Below are positions 24,149 through 33,975 of a stretch of 51,211 nt of DNA, piece after piece; the stretch's first letter is position 1; the number at the start of each line of letters is the position of its first letter. The position numbers and the translations under genes are program-made. Source of the stretch: Chromera velia (lineage: Eukaryota); assembly GCA_018398765.1 (NCBI GenBank), contig JAHBMJ010000301.1, positions 1-51,211 on the forward strand. The letters run 5' to 3'. The notes below the pieces were generated by a model, which saw only the letters and a list, made by a program, of their open reading frames with translations, made no database searches and was not told the origin of the DNA.

Positions 24149-25611
24149 GTTAGCAATAATGATGACTAACCAATACTTATTTCACTTGGAATAAAAACAA
24201 AAGGCTATTCTACTAGTATAGGCTATTCTAATATTTTTGGCTAGTACATGAATTATTCTAGTAGAATAGTTAATGACTATTCTAAGAGGTGTAAAGAAAA
24301 ACCTGACCCATAGATGTGACATATTATGCCAAGTATTATTCTTATGCAAAGAAGATTGAAAATCATATTTTAAGTAAGTTGAAATACATGTCTACTGACC
24401 ACCGTTATAATGAAATATAATAAAACATGCATGCCCGTACATGACACTACTAGTATATGCATACCCGGTTAGATACTCGGAAATAACACGTCTGTGCCTG
24501 GCTTTTAAAAGAGAAAAAGAGAGAGGGAGCGGACTTGAATTACAAAGATGACTTGTAGAAGCGCTCTAACTTTGCACTTTTTCCCCTTTTTTGATCTCTC
24601 TTTTTTTTCTTCACCGGCCGATCGCTCAACCTATATATAGCGACCAACCGACGCCAGGCCTCACCCAAGGTAAACAAGCAAGTACAAGCAAGTTATCAAC
24701 ATTGTCGGGGTGTGCCACTTGTTTATCTCTTCCAATTTCAAACCCCAGTGTTACCCCACATTCTATATAATACCCCCTCGCCTCCGTTCTCATTCCTACA
24801 GGTCGCACTGAACCCCTGTACAATAGTTTGGATGCCCCCCGCTTTACCTCCCCAAAACTTCAAAACAAAATAAGGAAGAAGGTAGGAAGGAGAAATGGAA
24901 AGCAAAGAATCAAAAAGACTTTAATCCTGCTCTACTTCTATGTTCGTTATGCTTTCTTGACGGTTTTGACCTCCCGACACGAGAATCAACAGAACACGCA
25001 GTCTTCTGCAAGACCCCTGTCTGTCATGCAGGCTCATGACAGCATGCGGAGTCTCCTTCGCCCCTGCAAAGAGTCTACACAAACACTCTCAGGCTGTTTC
25101 CTTTCCCATTCACTTCGTTGTGCAACCGTTCTGCTTGACTGATTGAGTGTGTCGATCGTGCATGCAGGCAGAGGCGTGAAGGAAAGTGCAAACGAGACTG
25201 TACGGCATTGTGGAAACAGGCAAAAGCAAACCTCCTGAAGGGACAATTAACCAGCACCAACAAAACAAAAACTGAAAGAGCCTACAGACCCCATTACAGG
25301 TAGTCGGATTGGAGGCGGCACCGAAAAAAAAGGAGACAGACAATCCCACCATTCACCCACACATTTACCCATCCCTCTATCCGTCCCTCCATCTACCCAA
25401 CCACCCAATCACCCACCCACCCATCCATCTATTTGTCAAAAACTCCGAGGGAAAGACGGACTTTGTAAGCTTCTGCATCGTCACTGGATCGCAGTCACTT
25501 TCACCTGCACGACTACAACTTCCTGATGCTTCCATCCTACTCTCACAGACGTCCTGTCAAATGTTTCAGCTTTGGCAGTCTTTGCAGTCCGAGCCCCTAT
25601 TTGTGCCCCGA

Positions 25612-25926
25612 AACTCCACAAGTCACTCGCACACACATTGAAAGAAGAGGGACCAAAACCGACCAACTAAGCGAAGAGCACAGCACACAGCCCCCGCATG
25701 AACGACCTGATCGATCGATCGACCTTCCTTCCTCTCATGGTGCAACAAGTGAAGCCTCTTCAGAAATCCAGAACAGGGAAAGAGAAAAAGAGAAGACAAG
25801 CAAGGAAGGGAAAGGGAAAGGGAAAGTCAAGGTGCTGAATCTGTAGAGGGGATCTTCTTGCACTCATTGCAAAATCGCCGATCTTTTCTGTGAATGCATA
25901 TGCCCTTCTCTCCGCACTCTTTGCAG
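25612..25926. repeat. Left arm of a perfect 315-bp inverted repeat (partner 31378-31692)
   Basis: By base-by-base reading, its reverse complement is identical to 31378-31692. It contains the last 32 codons, the stop and 215 bp of 3' flank. Confidence 0.95.
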
Positions 25927-27701
25927 TAGTAGCGCCTTCGCCCGTGCTCACAAAACTGCTTCCCACCGCACTCCTTACACTTGGAGCGCTGCCTGCCATG
26001 CTCGCAGATGCTCTTCCCCCCACACTCTTTGCACTGATTGCGTCTACGGCCGTGCTCGCAGATGCTCTTCCCCCCACACTCCTTGCATTGATACCGCTGT
26101 CGGCCGTGCTCGCAGATGCTCGTCCCTCCACACTCCTTGCACTTGATCCGCTCCCGGCCGTGCTCACAGATACTCTTCCCCCCACACTCCTTGCACTGAT
26201 TGCGTCTACGGCCGTGCTCGCAGATACCCTTCCCTCCACACTCCTTGCACTGAGAGCGCTGTCGGCCGTGCTCACACACAGACCCCCCCCCGCAATCTTT
26301 GCACTTGCGACGCTCCCGGCCGTGCTCACAGATACCCTTCCCTCCACATTCTTTGCACTGAGAGCGAATGCGACCGTGCTCGCAGATGCTCTTCCCCCCA
26401 CACTCCTTGCATTGAGAGCGCTGCCGACCGTGCTCACACACAGAACCCCCCCCGCAATCCTTGCACCGAGAGAGAACCCGTGCATGCAAGCAGAGAATCT
26501 TCCCATGGCGGTTCCTTTTGACCTCTCCCCCTCGGTGACCATTCTCACAAACTACCCCTTTCTCTCCAGCGTCCGGATCCCCCCGCCTGCTACACAACTC
26601 AGAAAAGAGTGGTGCGGAGTTCGAAAGAGCAACAGTCAAACGACGCTGTTTCTCTTCCCGAAACACATCCCCATCCACCCCCCACGAAGCATCTTCCCTT
26701 CTTTCACCGGCACAGCCCCCCACTTGATCGCACTCGTCAGCCTCAACCTGAGTGAGGCCACTCTCAGACCGACGACGCTTCTGATCTCGGGGAACCAATT
26801 GCGCCCTCTGCCCATCTTCTTCTTGTCGTCGACCACGAGTGCAGTCATGGGGAAGCAAATGAGGGGAGGTCGGGGGGTGACAGGAAAGAAATCTGTTGTC
26901 AGTAACGTTGGTGTCAGCAGACGGACGGTTGCAGACACCCACTGAAGGGGAGCGGTCAGGATGCACTTCATTCTCTTTCAAACACAACTCAACAGCTGAC
27001 TGAGAGGGACAAACAGAGGACCCTGACGCACTCCGTTGCTCATCGGGGCTTTCAGAGATTCGAGCGTTTACTGGTATCCCCTCTGTGCGAGGCGGACAGG
27101 CAATCTCTGACTGAGGGTCAGTGTCTCTCTGTGGATGTTCTGTCTGTCTGTTCGTAAGCCGAGGGAGCAGTGCGAGCTGCACGCTCTCAAGGACCCCCCA
27201 TTCCACCGAAATTCCAACCAGCTCCCTTTCTTGCTGCTCTCCTCCCCCCTCTACACCGACATGGATTGTGTTGTCACCCCTCTCTCCGACCGCAGACGAG
27301 TCAGAAGGAGAAGACGCACCAACGAGACGCACCACACGGAAGTCTCCACCCCTCAGCGGCTCCAGAGACACAACATTGTCGGAATTCGGAACACCAGACC
27401 CCTCCCCATCGTTCGGAACCGCAAGCAGTCGAAACTTCAATTCTGAAACACCCACTTTCCCGACCCTTCCCTCTGTCTCTGCAACAGCTGCGAACTCTGC
27501 AGAGACACCCAAAGGGGATTCTGACAGATTCACCTCCACCTCACTTGACACCCACCACGGACGCCCACACGGTGCAGGTCTCATGCACAACGCATCACCC
27601 AACTCCCACCCACCCAGCTCAGGACATTCTCCCGCCACCACAACTCGCTGATTCTCTCGCACCTCCGGGCAATGCGCAACAAAGGCGATTCCTCTCTTCA
27701 T
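25827..27701 (-). CDS. Intronless CBM20-like domain + low-complexity linker + 12 tandem 18-aa C-x-H-x6-C-x2-C repeats (putative zinc-finger array), 624 aa
   Basis: First ATG at 27701 (MKRGIAFVAHC). The N-terminal VVVAGECPELGGWELGDALCM...W resembles the CBM20 motif V-x-G-x-x-x-x-L-G-x-W. Repeat array at 25860-26492 (54-bp period, CKECGGKSICEHGRxRxx). Confidence 0.85.
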   Translation of the reverse strand: MKRGIAFVAHCPEVRENQRVVVAGECPELGGWELGDALCMRPAPCGRPWWVSSEVEVNLSESPLGVSAEFAAVAETEGRVGKVGVSELKFRLLAVPNDGEGSGVPNSDNVVSLEPLRGGDFRVVRLVGASSPSDSSAVGERGDNTIHVGVEGGGEQQERELVGISVEWGVLESVQLALLPRLTNRQTEHPQRDTDPQSEIACPPRTEGIPVNARISESPDEQRSASGSSVCPSQSAVELCLKENEVHPDRSPSVGVCNRPSADTNVTDNRFLSCHPPTSPHLLPHDCTRGRRQEEDGQRAQLVPRDQKRRRSESGLTQVEADECDQVGGCAGERREDASWGVDGDVFREEKQRRLTVALSNSAPLFSELCSRRGDPDAGEKGVVCENGHRGGEVKRNRHGKILCLHARVLSRCKDCGGGSVCEHGRQRSQCKECGGKSICEHGRIRSQCKECGGKGICEHGRERRKCKDCGGGSVCEHGRQRSQCKECGGKGICEHGRRRNQCKECGGKSICEHGRERIKCKECGGTSICEHGRQRYQCKECGGKSICEHGRRRNQCKECGGKSICEHGRQRSKCKECGGKQFCEHGRRRYYCKECGEKGICIHRKDRRFCNECKKIPSTDSAP

Positions 27702-29350
27702 TTTGACAATCAACTCCAGTCGATGGACCGATCGTTGTTGATTCGCAAGGAATACAGACGAGCTCGCAGCTGCCTCTGAGCGTCGACACCCTTGAGAACC
27801 AGCTGCGCGCAATCGCAAAGAAAACAACAAGCCCGATCTTTTCTGAACACTATATACAGCTCGAAAAGTCAAACGGAGCCATCACACAATAGGATCGATG
27901 GAATGACTCAATGCCTGTTTCAGGCAAGAAAGGCAACAAACTACCTAGACAAACTACTTACCGCGCGTTTCGGCCAGCAACAGCCTGGTTGGGTTGGTTG
28001 ATACAGTGTGATCAGCAACGAAAAGACAGTCAAGTGAGCCCTGAGACGCGTCCAGAAGAGTTGAAAGTGTCACCCAACTGTGACCCAAGAAAGAGGGACT
28101 GAAGAAGTCGGTAGTGAACAAAGAAGGAACGGACAGACTCTTCAGTTGCCCGCTCCTGCAACCCACGAGATTAGAAGATCTCCTGGCCCGTCTCACGATG
28201 AAACCCGTGGACCAGCTTCACTCATCTGACGAGCAACCGCAGAGGAAGCTATAGCCAGAAAGGGCAACTGCTGTCCATCACATCAAGAAGCCCCAAATGA
28301 GTCACGGGCGACCGAAAAAGACACATCGATCAAACTGTATATCTAAGGAGCACTCACACAACAGATCCACTCAACATGACTGAACAATGAGCACTGAGCA
28401 GACCAGAACAGGAGACTTGGGATTCAAGGGGAATGGAGGGAAATGGAGGGCAAATCGATGCATGGCAAAACGACCGATACGCGCAGTGACGCATTCAGCC
28501 CTTGCGATGCCACTGCAGCATGCATGCATCGATCGCGCTGGCTGTTCGTCGCACATCATCCCACTTCAACTCATGCACTGAGAATGATCCTACTCTTCGA
28601 CGTCTTCGTACTCTTCCATATATATATATATATTTCGCTACTCAAGAGTTTTCACTGTACGTCAGTTTGACACGTTCACACAAGAGGTCAGCAATTGAGA
28701 CGTGTGCAAGTCCCCATGCATCTGACTCGGAGTTTTCAGTGTATCGGTGTCTGAATTTTGCACTCTAGTTGAAGCTCCTTTTTGTCCAGCTTCGGCCTTG
28801 ATCTGAAGGCTGGTCCCTTCAGGCTGGCTCTCGTCTTTGCTCTGCTTAAGCGAGAGAGAAATTTTGTGCCTCCGGCTTCCCACCGTCTGTTTCAGTAGTT
28901 GCAGCTGTACGTCGTGTCACCGAAGCTCTTCTTCGAGGAAGGGCAGCTGCAGTCTCAGGGTCTGTCTTTTGATCGAGAGATCGAATCTCTCCTCTCGGCG
29001 GGATTCCTCTTGTGAGACCCGGGGAGTTTGTCGATCGCTGTTTGGGGCCTTCGGCGGTCGTTTTCTCGCTGTACTGACGGGTCTTCTGTGTCTTCGATCG
29101 GCATCAGATCAACAACTCGCCGGCCGGGTCTCGGGTCGTCTTCTTGATATATAACTCCAACAGCCGGCGGTCAGTGACGGTCTCTTACAGGGCGGCTCAA
29201 TTCTTCCGAAAGTCTCAGTAGGACCCTTTGCTTTTGAAATGTATATCAATACATACGCGTTGATTGCCTGCAGGGATCTCTTGTTGGTTTCACTCTCTCG
29301 TTGCCGCTTCTGCTCCTTCGATTGATCGATCGATCGATTGATTGTTCGTG

Positions 29351-31477
29351 ATGGAGGCGGAGACGGGTGGTGGTGTGCTTTTTGCGTGCTCTGGTGTGGA
29401 GCCTCGGGAGGGGCAGACACTGGTGGTGGTCGGGAGCAGCTCTGAGCTCGGAGGGTGGGATGCGAGTCGCGGTATCACCCTCCATCGAGTGAAGAACCCT
29501 GCCTTCCCAGGAGTGTGGATGTCGTTTCCGATGCATCACAGCGCGTGCTCTCAAGTGCAGTTTCAGTTTGCCCTTGTTGGACCGCATACCGATACTGTCG
29601 CATTGCATTCGTCAGTGTGGAGTGGTGCGACGTTGGTAGACGGCGGGTCTCTGATAGACGGTGGGTGTGAGAACTCTTCCGCAGTCACTTCAGCCACCTC
29701 AGCAGCAGCCCTCACCAACGGTGGAGGTCGTGATTGTTGTGGGTGCGTGTGTGAGCCTTTGGGGTGTGGGCTGCGGAAAGTGGAGGTTGTCGATGGTGGG
29801 TTTGTGTTGTTTGGTGGACGTTGGGGAAATGGGGAGACACAGGTGACTCCGTTGGCATTGAAGGACATGGTGTTAGCAAAACAGCAACTTGAACAGGACA
29901 CGCTCCCCTCTGTCACCTCTAAGTCTCACATTGAGAGGGAGAGGGAGGGCGGCGAACCGAGGGGAGGGGGGAGCTTTGGGGGTCCGCCAGAGGGTGATAT
30001 GATGCTTAGTGACGTCGCTGCAGAGAGCGGGAGTGCCTCGGTTTCTGTTGCCGCACCGCCTACAGCCCCCTCACCTGCCTCAGAGAGAGCTTGTGGTCAA
30101 TGGAAGGGAAAGGGGTGTGGGATGGCTCAGCATGTACAGTCTGAAGCTGAGTTTCCCGCCCGCAGAGGCAGAGCATCTGTAGAGGAGGGTACGGAGAATG
30201 CAGATACTCTGATGGCGTCTGCTGACTGCTCTGGTGAATGTGGTGTGTCTGTTTCCGTGGGTCATCCTGAGACCTCTGTGCCTATGTGTGTTCAGAGGCG
30301 GGGGGAAGGGGGGAAAGGGATGAGAAGAGGGTATGAATGGTGTAATGAGGCACTTCGATTCGCACCTGCAGCTCTGAGGCATGGGTGGGGGGTTGGGGGC
30401 GAAGAGGGGGGGGTTCTGTTGGGAGGGAAGACTGCAGAGAGCGTGAATGGTTTGGTGGGTGTACGTAACTCTATCTCTCCTAGAGATCTCGTCGGAGTGA
30501 GCGTGTCTTCAGTGTGTGAGGGGTCGAAGCGCCGCCGTCTCTCTTCTCTTTCCGCTACCGTCTCTGTCTCCGAATCCAACAGAGAAAGGGGGGAGGGGAT
30601 CCAAGAGGGGTTGAGTAGAGACAGAGACTTTTCTGCGCGGTCCTTTGAATCAGTCCCGCAGCACTACACTCTCTCCTCCGTCAATGACAGCGTCACTCCA
30701 CACTGCGAGCAGTATGACGCGACTGGTCGAGAGGTGAAGAGAGAAGCGCAAGGGGGAGTCTGTGCGAGGGAAGCAGCGGGAGGAGGGGGAGAGCAGGAAA
30801 CGGACGTGCATCTCCAGAGAGGGGACCTCTGTCTCCTCGGCTGTGCTCGCACTCACTGCAAGGACCGCGCGTGTAGCGACGGTAGCAGTGGAAGCATGGG
30901 AGTGGGGAGGAGAGGGGGGAATACGAGAGAGTACACAGGAGAAGTCAAGAGGGACAGGCACGGACGGATCCTCTGTTTGCATGGACGGGTTCGCACCACG
31001 TGCAAGGAGTGCGGGGGTGGGTCTGTGTGCAAGCACGGCCGACAGCGCTCTCAGTGCAAAGAGTGCGGGGGGAAGGGGTATTGCGAGCACGGCCGCCTGC
31101 GCTACTACTGCAAGGAGTGCGGAGGGAAGGGTATCTGTGAACACGGGCGAAAACGCTCTCAGTGCAAAGAGTGTGGGGGGAAGGCGTTTTGCAAGCACGG
31201 CCGAGAGCGGAACAAATGCAGGGATTGCGGAGGGAAGAGCATCTGCGAGCACGGCCGCGAGCGGAACAAGTGCAAGGAGTGTGGGGGGAAGAGCATCTGC
31301 GAGCACGGCAGGCAGCGCTCTCAATGCAAGGAGTGCGGGGGGAAGAGCATTTGCGAGCACGGCCGCCTGCGCTACTTCTGCAAAGAGTGCGGAGAGAAGG
31401 GCATATGCATTCACAGAAAAGATCGGCGATTTTGCAATGAGTGCAAGAAGATCCCCTCTACAGATTCAGCACCTTGA
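29351..31477 (+). CDS. Intronless CBM20-like domain + low-complexity linker + 9 tandem 18-aa C-x-H-x6-C-x2-C repeats, 708 aa; paralog of the 25827-27701 gene
   Basis: ATG at 29351. GQTLVVVGSSSELGGWDASRGITLHRV...PGVW...VQFQF is CBM20-like. Repeat array at 30974-31444. The C-terminal 32 aa are identical to the paralog's. Confidence 0.85.
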   Translation: MEAETGGGVLFACSGVEPREGQTLVVVGSSSELGGWDASRGITLHRVKNPAFPGVWMSFPMHHSACSQVQFQFALVGPHTDTVALHSSVWSGATLVDGGSLIDGGCENSSAVTSATSAAALTNGGGRDCCGCVCEPLGCGLRKVEVVDGGFVLFGGRWGNGETQVTPLALKDMVLAKQQLEQDTLPSVTSKSHIEREREGGEPRGGGSFGGPPEGDMMLSDVAAESGSASVSVAAPPTAPSPASERACGQWKGKGCGMAQHVQSEAEFPARRGRASVEEGTENADTLMASADCSGECGVSVSVGHPETSVPMCVQRRGEGGKGMRRGYEWCNEALRFAPAALRHGWGVGGEEGGVLLGGKTAESVNGLVGVRNSISPRDLVGVSVSSVCEGSKRRRLSSLSATVSVSESNRERGEGIQEGLSRDRDFSARSFESVPQHYTLSSVNDSVTPHCEQYDATGREVKREAQGGVCAREAAGGGGEQETDVHLQRGDLCLLGCARTHCKDRACSDGSSGSMGVGRRGGNTREYTGEVKRDRHGRILCLHGRVRTTCKECGGGSVCKHGRQRSQCKECGGKGYCEHGRLRYYCKECGGKGICEHGRKRSQCKECGGKAFCKHGRERNKCRDCGGKSICEHGRERNKCKECGGKSICEHGRQRSQCKECGGKSICEHGRLRYFCKECGEKGICIHRKDRRFCNECKKIPSTDSAP

Positions 31478-31692
31478 CTTTCCCTTTCCCTTTCCCTTCC
31501 TTGCTTGTCTTCTCTTTTTCTCTTTCCCTGTTCTGGATTTCTGAAGAGGCTTCACTTGTTGCACCATGAGAGGAAGGAAGGTCGATCGATCGATCAGGTC
31601 GTTCATGCGGGGGCTGTGTGCTGTGCTCTTCGCTTAGTTGGTCGGTTTTGGTCCCTCTTCTTTCAATGTGTGTGCGAGTGACTTGTGGAGTT
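31378..31692. repeat. Right arm of the perfect 315-bp inverted repeat
   Basis: Identical to the reverse complement of 25612-25926. Confidence 0.95.
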
Positions 31693-32057
31693 GGGGGCAG
31701 TTAAATAGACAGACTCTCAGTGAGAGAGCGCTGCTTATCCTCTTCCCTCCCCATCACCCCCCCCTCTTTTCCTGCACAGTAAATGTAAATCTATTGACAG
31801 ATTCTCCCTCCGGCCATTGATGCTTTCTCGCCCTTCTCTTTCAACTGCTGTTCACCCGTCTCTTTGATGTTTTGGTTGTCTGGTCATGTCTGTTCGTTGC
31901 CTGTTCTTGTGCCCGTGAGGGTGCACACTTGGTGTCTCTCTCGGTGTGCTTTTGTGTTGTATGTTTGTATGCATGCGTTTGTGTGAGTGTGCGTCTGCAT
32001 GTGGACTTTTTTATTTATGTGTATGTGCATGCGTGTATATTTGCATCAGTGGACCTC

Positions 32058-33090
32058 TGGGCAAAGGGGAGGGGGGGGNNNNNNNNNNNGGGGGGGGGGG
32101 GGGGGGCAAATGCAAACGATGCGTTGCATGAGCAATTAGGAAGAGGAAGAGAGTGTTGGACTCCTTTTTTCTTCCCCTCTATCCAAGTTGCTAACTTCGC
32201 TTTCCTTTTTCTTTCTCAAATTCCTTCTTTGGAGGTCTTCAAGTTTATCCATCCATCTGTTCGCTCATTTCACGTTTCTCGTCGCTTTTCCCCCCCTTTC
32301 CACTTTACCACTTCCACGCGTAAAAGCAGAAGGAGAGGAAAAGGAGGGAAACAACTTATCGTCCTTCTGGTTCGAAGAAAAAGTTCATCCCTCCATGCAT
32401 CTCTTCACCCCACCATCGATCTTGCCTCCCTCTTTTCGTTTCATTGAAAAGCAGAAGAGGCATAACATTCAAGCAGAAGAGGAATGGGCAAGAGACAGAG
32501 GCGATGCTCAGGTCCTGCATCCTACCTTCACCTCCATGCATTCCATTCTTTTCGGTGTCTTTCATAAGAGAGGAAGACATGCGAAACACGGACCGCTTGA
32601 CTGTGTGTGTCGCCTCCGTCTTGCCCCCCCCCCCTTCCTGTCTGCGGGCGTACAGGAGAGGCAAAGCGTATGCGGGCAGCCGGTGCGTTTTTTCTCATTC
32701 TGTCAGCATGGCTGTCTGTCTGTCTGTCAGTTGTTACGTTTCTGAATCTGTCCGTTCTTTGGCGCCACTCTTTTTTTCGGTGTCTTCCTTTCCACCCGCC
32801 CCCTTGTTCTTCTTGTTCTTTCTTTCCTTTCCTTTCCTTTATCACCCATCTACGCATAACCACAGACCCGGTCAAGGAACGGAGCGCCTTCATACTGCTT
32901 TCTAACTCATCATAAATGCGTCTATGCGTCTCTGTACGTACGTGTCTACCTGCATGTAAGCTTGCGGCTGAAATATAAGAGAAAACTTCAGCTGTGCATC
33001 GATTTGCATGTTGTTCGTTCCCAACGGGTATATATTGCAATGAATGAAAAACAACAAATTGAATATGGTTTGATTCAGGTTGCATTCTTT
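32058..33090 (+). repeat. Dispersed non-coding repeat, copy 2 (diverged from ~12060-12980)
   Basis: Same ordered sequence blocks as copy 1, and again followed by an AT-rich island containing ttaaagccggtgagc. Confidence 0.8.
32079..32089. other. Assembly gap (11 N) inside a poly-G run
   Basis: Run of n flanked by G homopolymers. Confidence 0.99.
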
Positions 33091-33273
33091 TGGCCACACA
33101 ATTAAGGAAGTACAAAAAAATACTATAGTTCTCCTACGCTAGCAATGCAAATTGTGTGTGGCCCGGCAGTGTAAGTCCGATCATAATGCCATAATAATGG
33201 TATATAAATGAATGAATTTAATTAGCCAGTTAAAGCCGGTGAGCATACCCCTTAGCGGCTTCTGCCTTGCATG

Positions 33274-33459
33274 CAAGGACCTAGGAATTTAGACAGGAAT
33301 TTAAAAGAATTTAGAGGAATTTTTCTAAATTCCTAAACTGTAGAAGTCACTGGCAATTTCTCATTCATGAGAAATTGACTTCCAAAATTTGCTAAATTCT
33401 ACTAAATTCCTGTTTTTATTTTCCTAGTAGCTAAATTCCTTTAAATTCCTATGTCCTTA
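33274..33459. mobile_element. hAT-like MITE, 186 bp
   Basis: Left TIR CAAGGACCTAGGAATTTA versus right-end reverse complement TAAGGACATAGGAATTTA. Repeated subterminal GAATTT/AAATTC motifs in inverted orientation. Degenerate 8-bp flanking repeat cttgcatg / attgcagg. Confidence 0.65.
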
Positions 33460-33882
33460 ATTGCAGGGTGCATTTCCAACTGCGCGGCATAACATGCAAG
33501 TTGCCAAGTTCTATTCACATTATATGATGTTTAAATCATATTTTTGATTCATAGATTAGCTAGGTGGGATCTGTAAAGTTTTAAAGCCTGAGTGAAATTA
33601 TTACTGAAATAAAGTTTAAAGTCCGGTTTGAGTGATGGTTGTTTGAGTCCTAGTAAGTCCTAGTTTGAGTCTGTCGACGTACTCTAAAATATTACTTCTT
33701 CCAACGCACTTTTAAATTTTTTGCTCATCTTTCGGGTTTTCCCCTTTTCGGTCGTTCAGAGCTTTAACTGCTTTGAATGACCAACCTGACCTTTGATCAG
33801 GCGGCGTATACCAGTTGAATTCTAAGAGATATCGAACACTTTTCCATCCGACTTTCCGTTCTTCGTTATGAAAAACGGAGGG

Positions 33883-33975
33883 TAGACGCCGCGCATATAG
33901 AAAAAAAAAAGAAAAAAAAAAAGTTGGGAAAGCCTTCCCAACTTTTTTTTTTTTTTTTTCTATGTGCGGCGCCTA
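33883..33975. repeat. 93-bp near-perfect palindrome (foldback mini-element)
   Basis: tagacgccgcgcatatag-A tract-gttgggaa agcc ttcccaac-T tract-ctatgtgcggcgccta; TA at both ends. Confidence 0.85.

Noticed and set aside
24625..24830. TATA-like tatatatag followed by a GT...AG pair, suggesting a spliced 5' UTR or solo LTR
   Set aside because: No downstream coding exon or second LTR copy supports it.
25760..26945. Long alternative-frame and antisense ORFs over the Cys/His arrays (262 aa, 351 aa; also 30650-31544)
   Set aside because: Shadow ORFs caused by a 54-bp repeat lacking stops in other frames. The invariant Cys/His pattern identifies the real frame.
25612..31692. Interpretation as a DNA transposon with 315-bp TIRs
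   Set aside because: No transposase, no TSD, the arms include coding sequence, and weak inverted similarity continues beyond the perfect arms.
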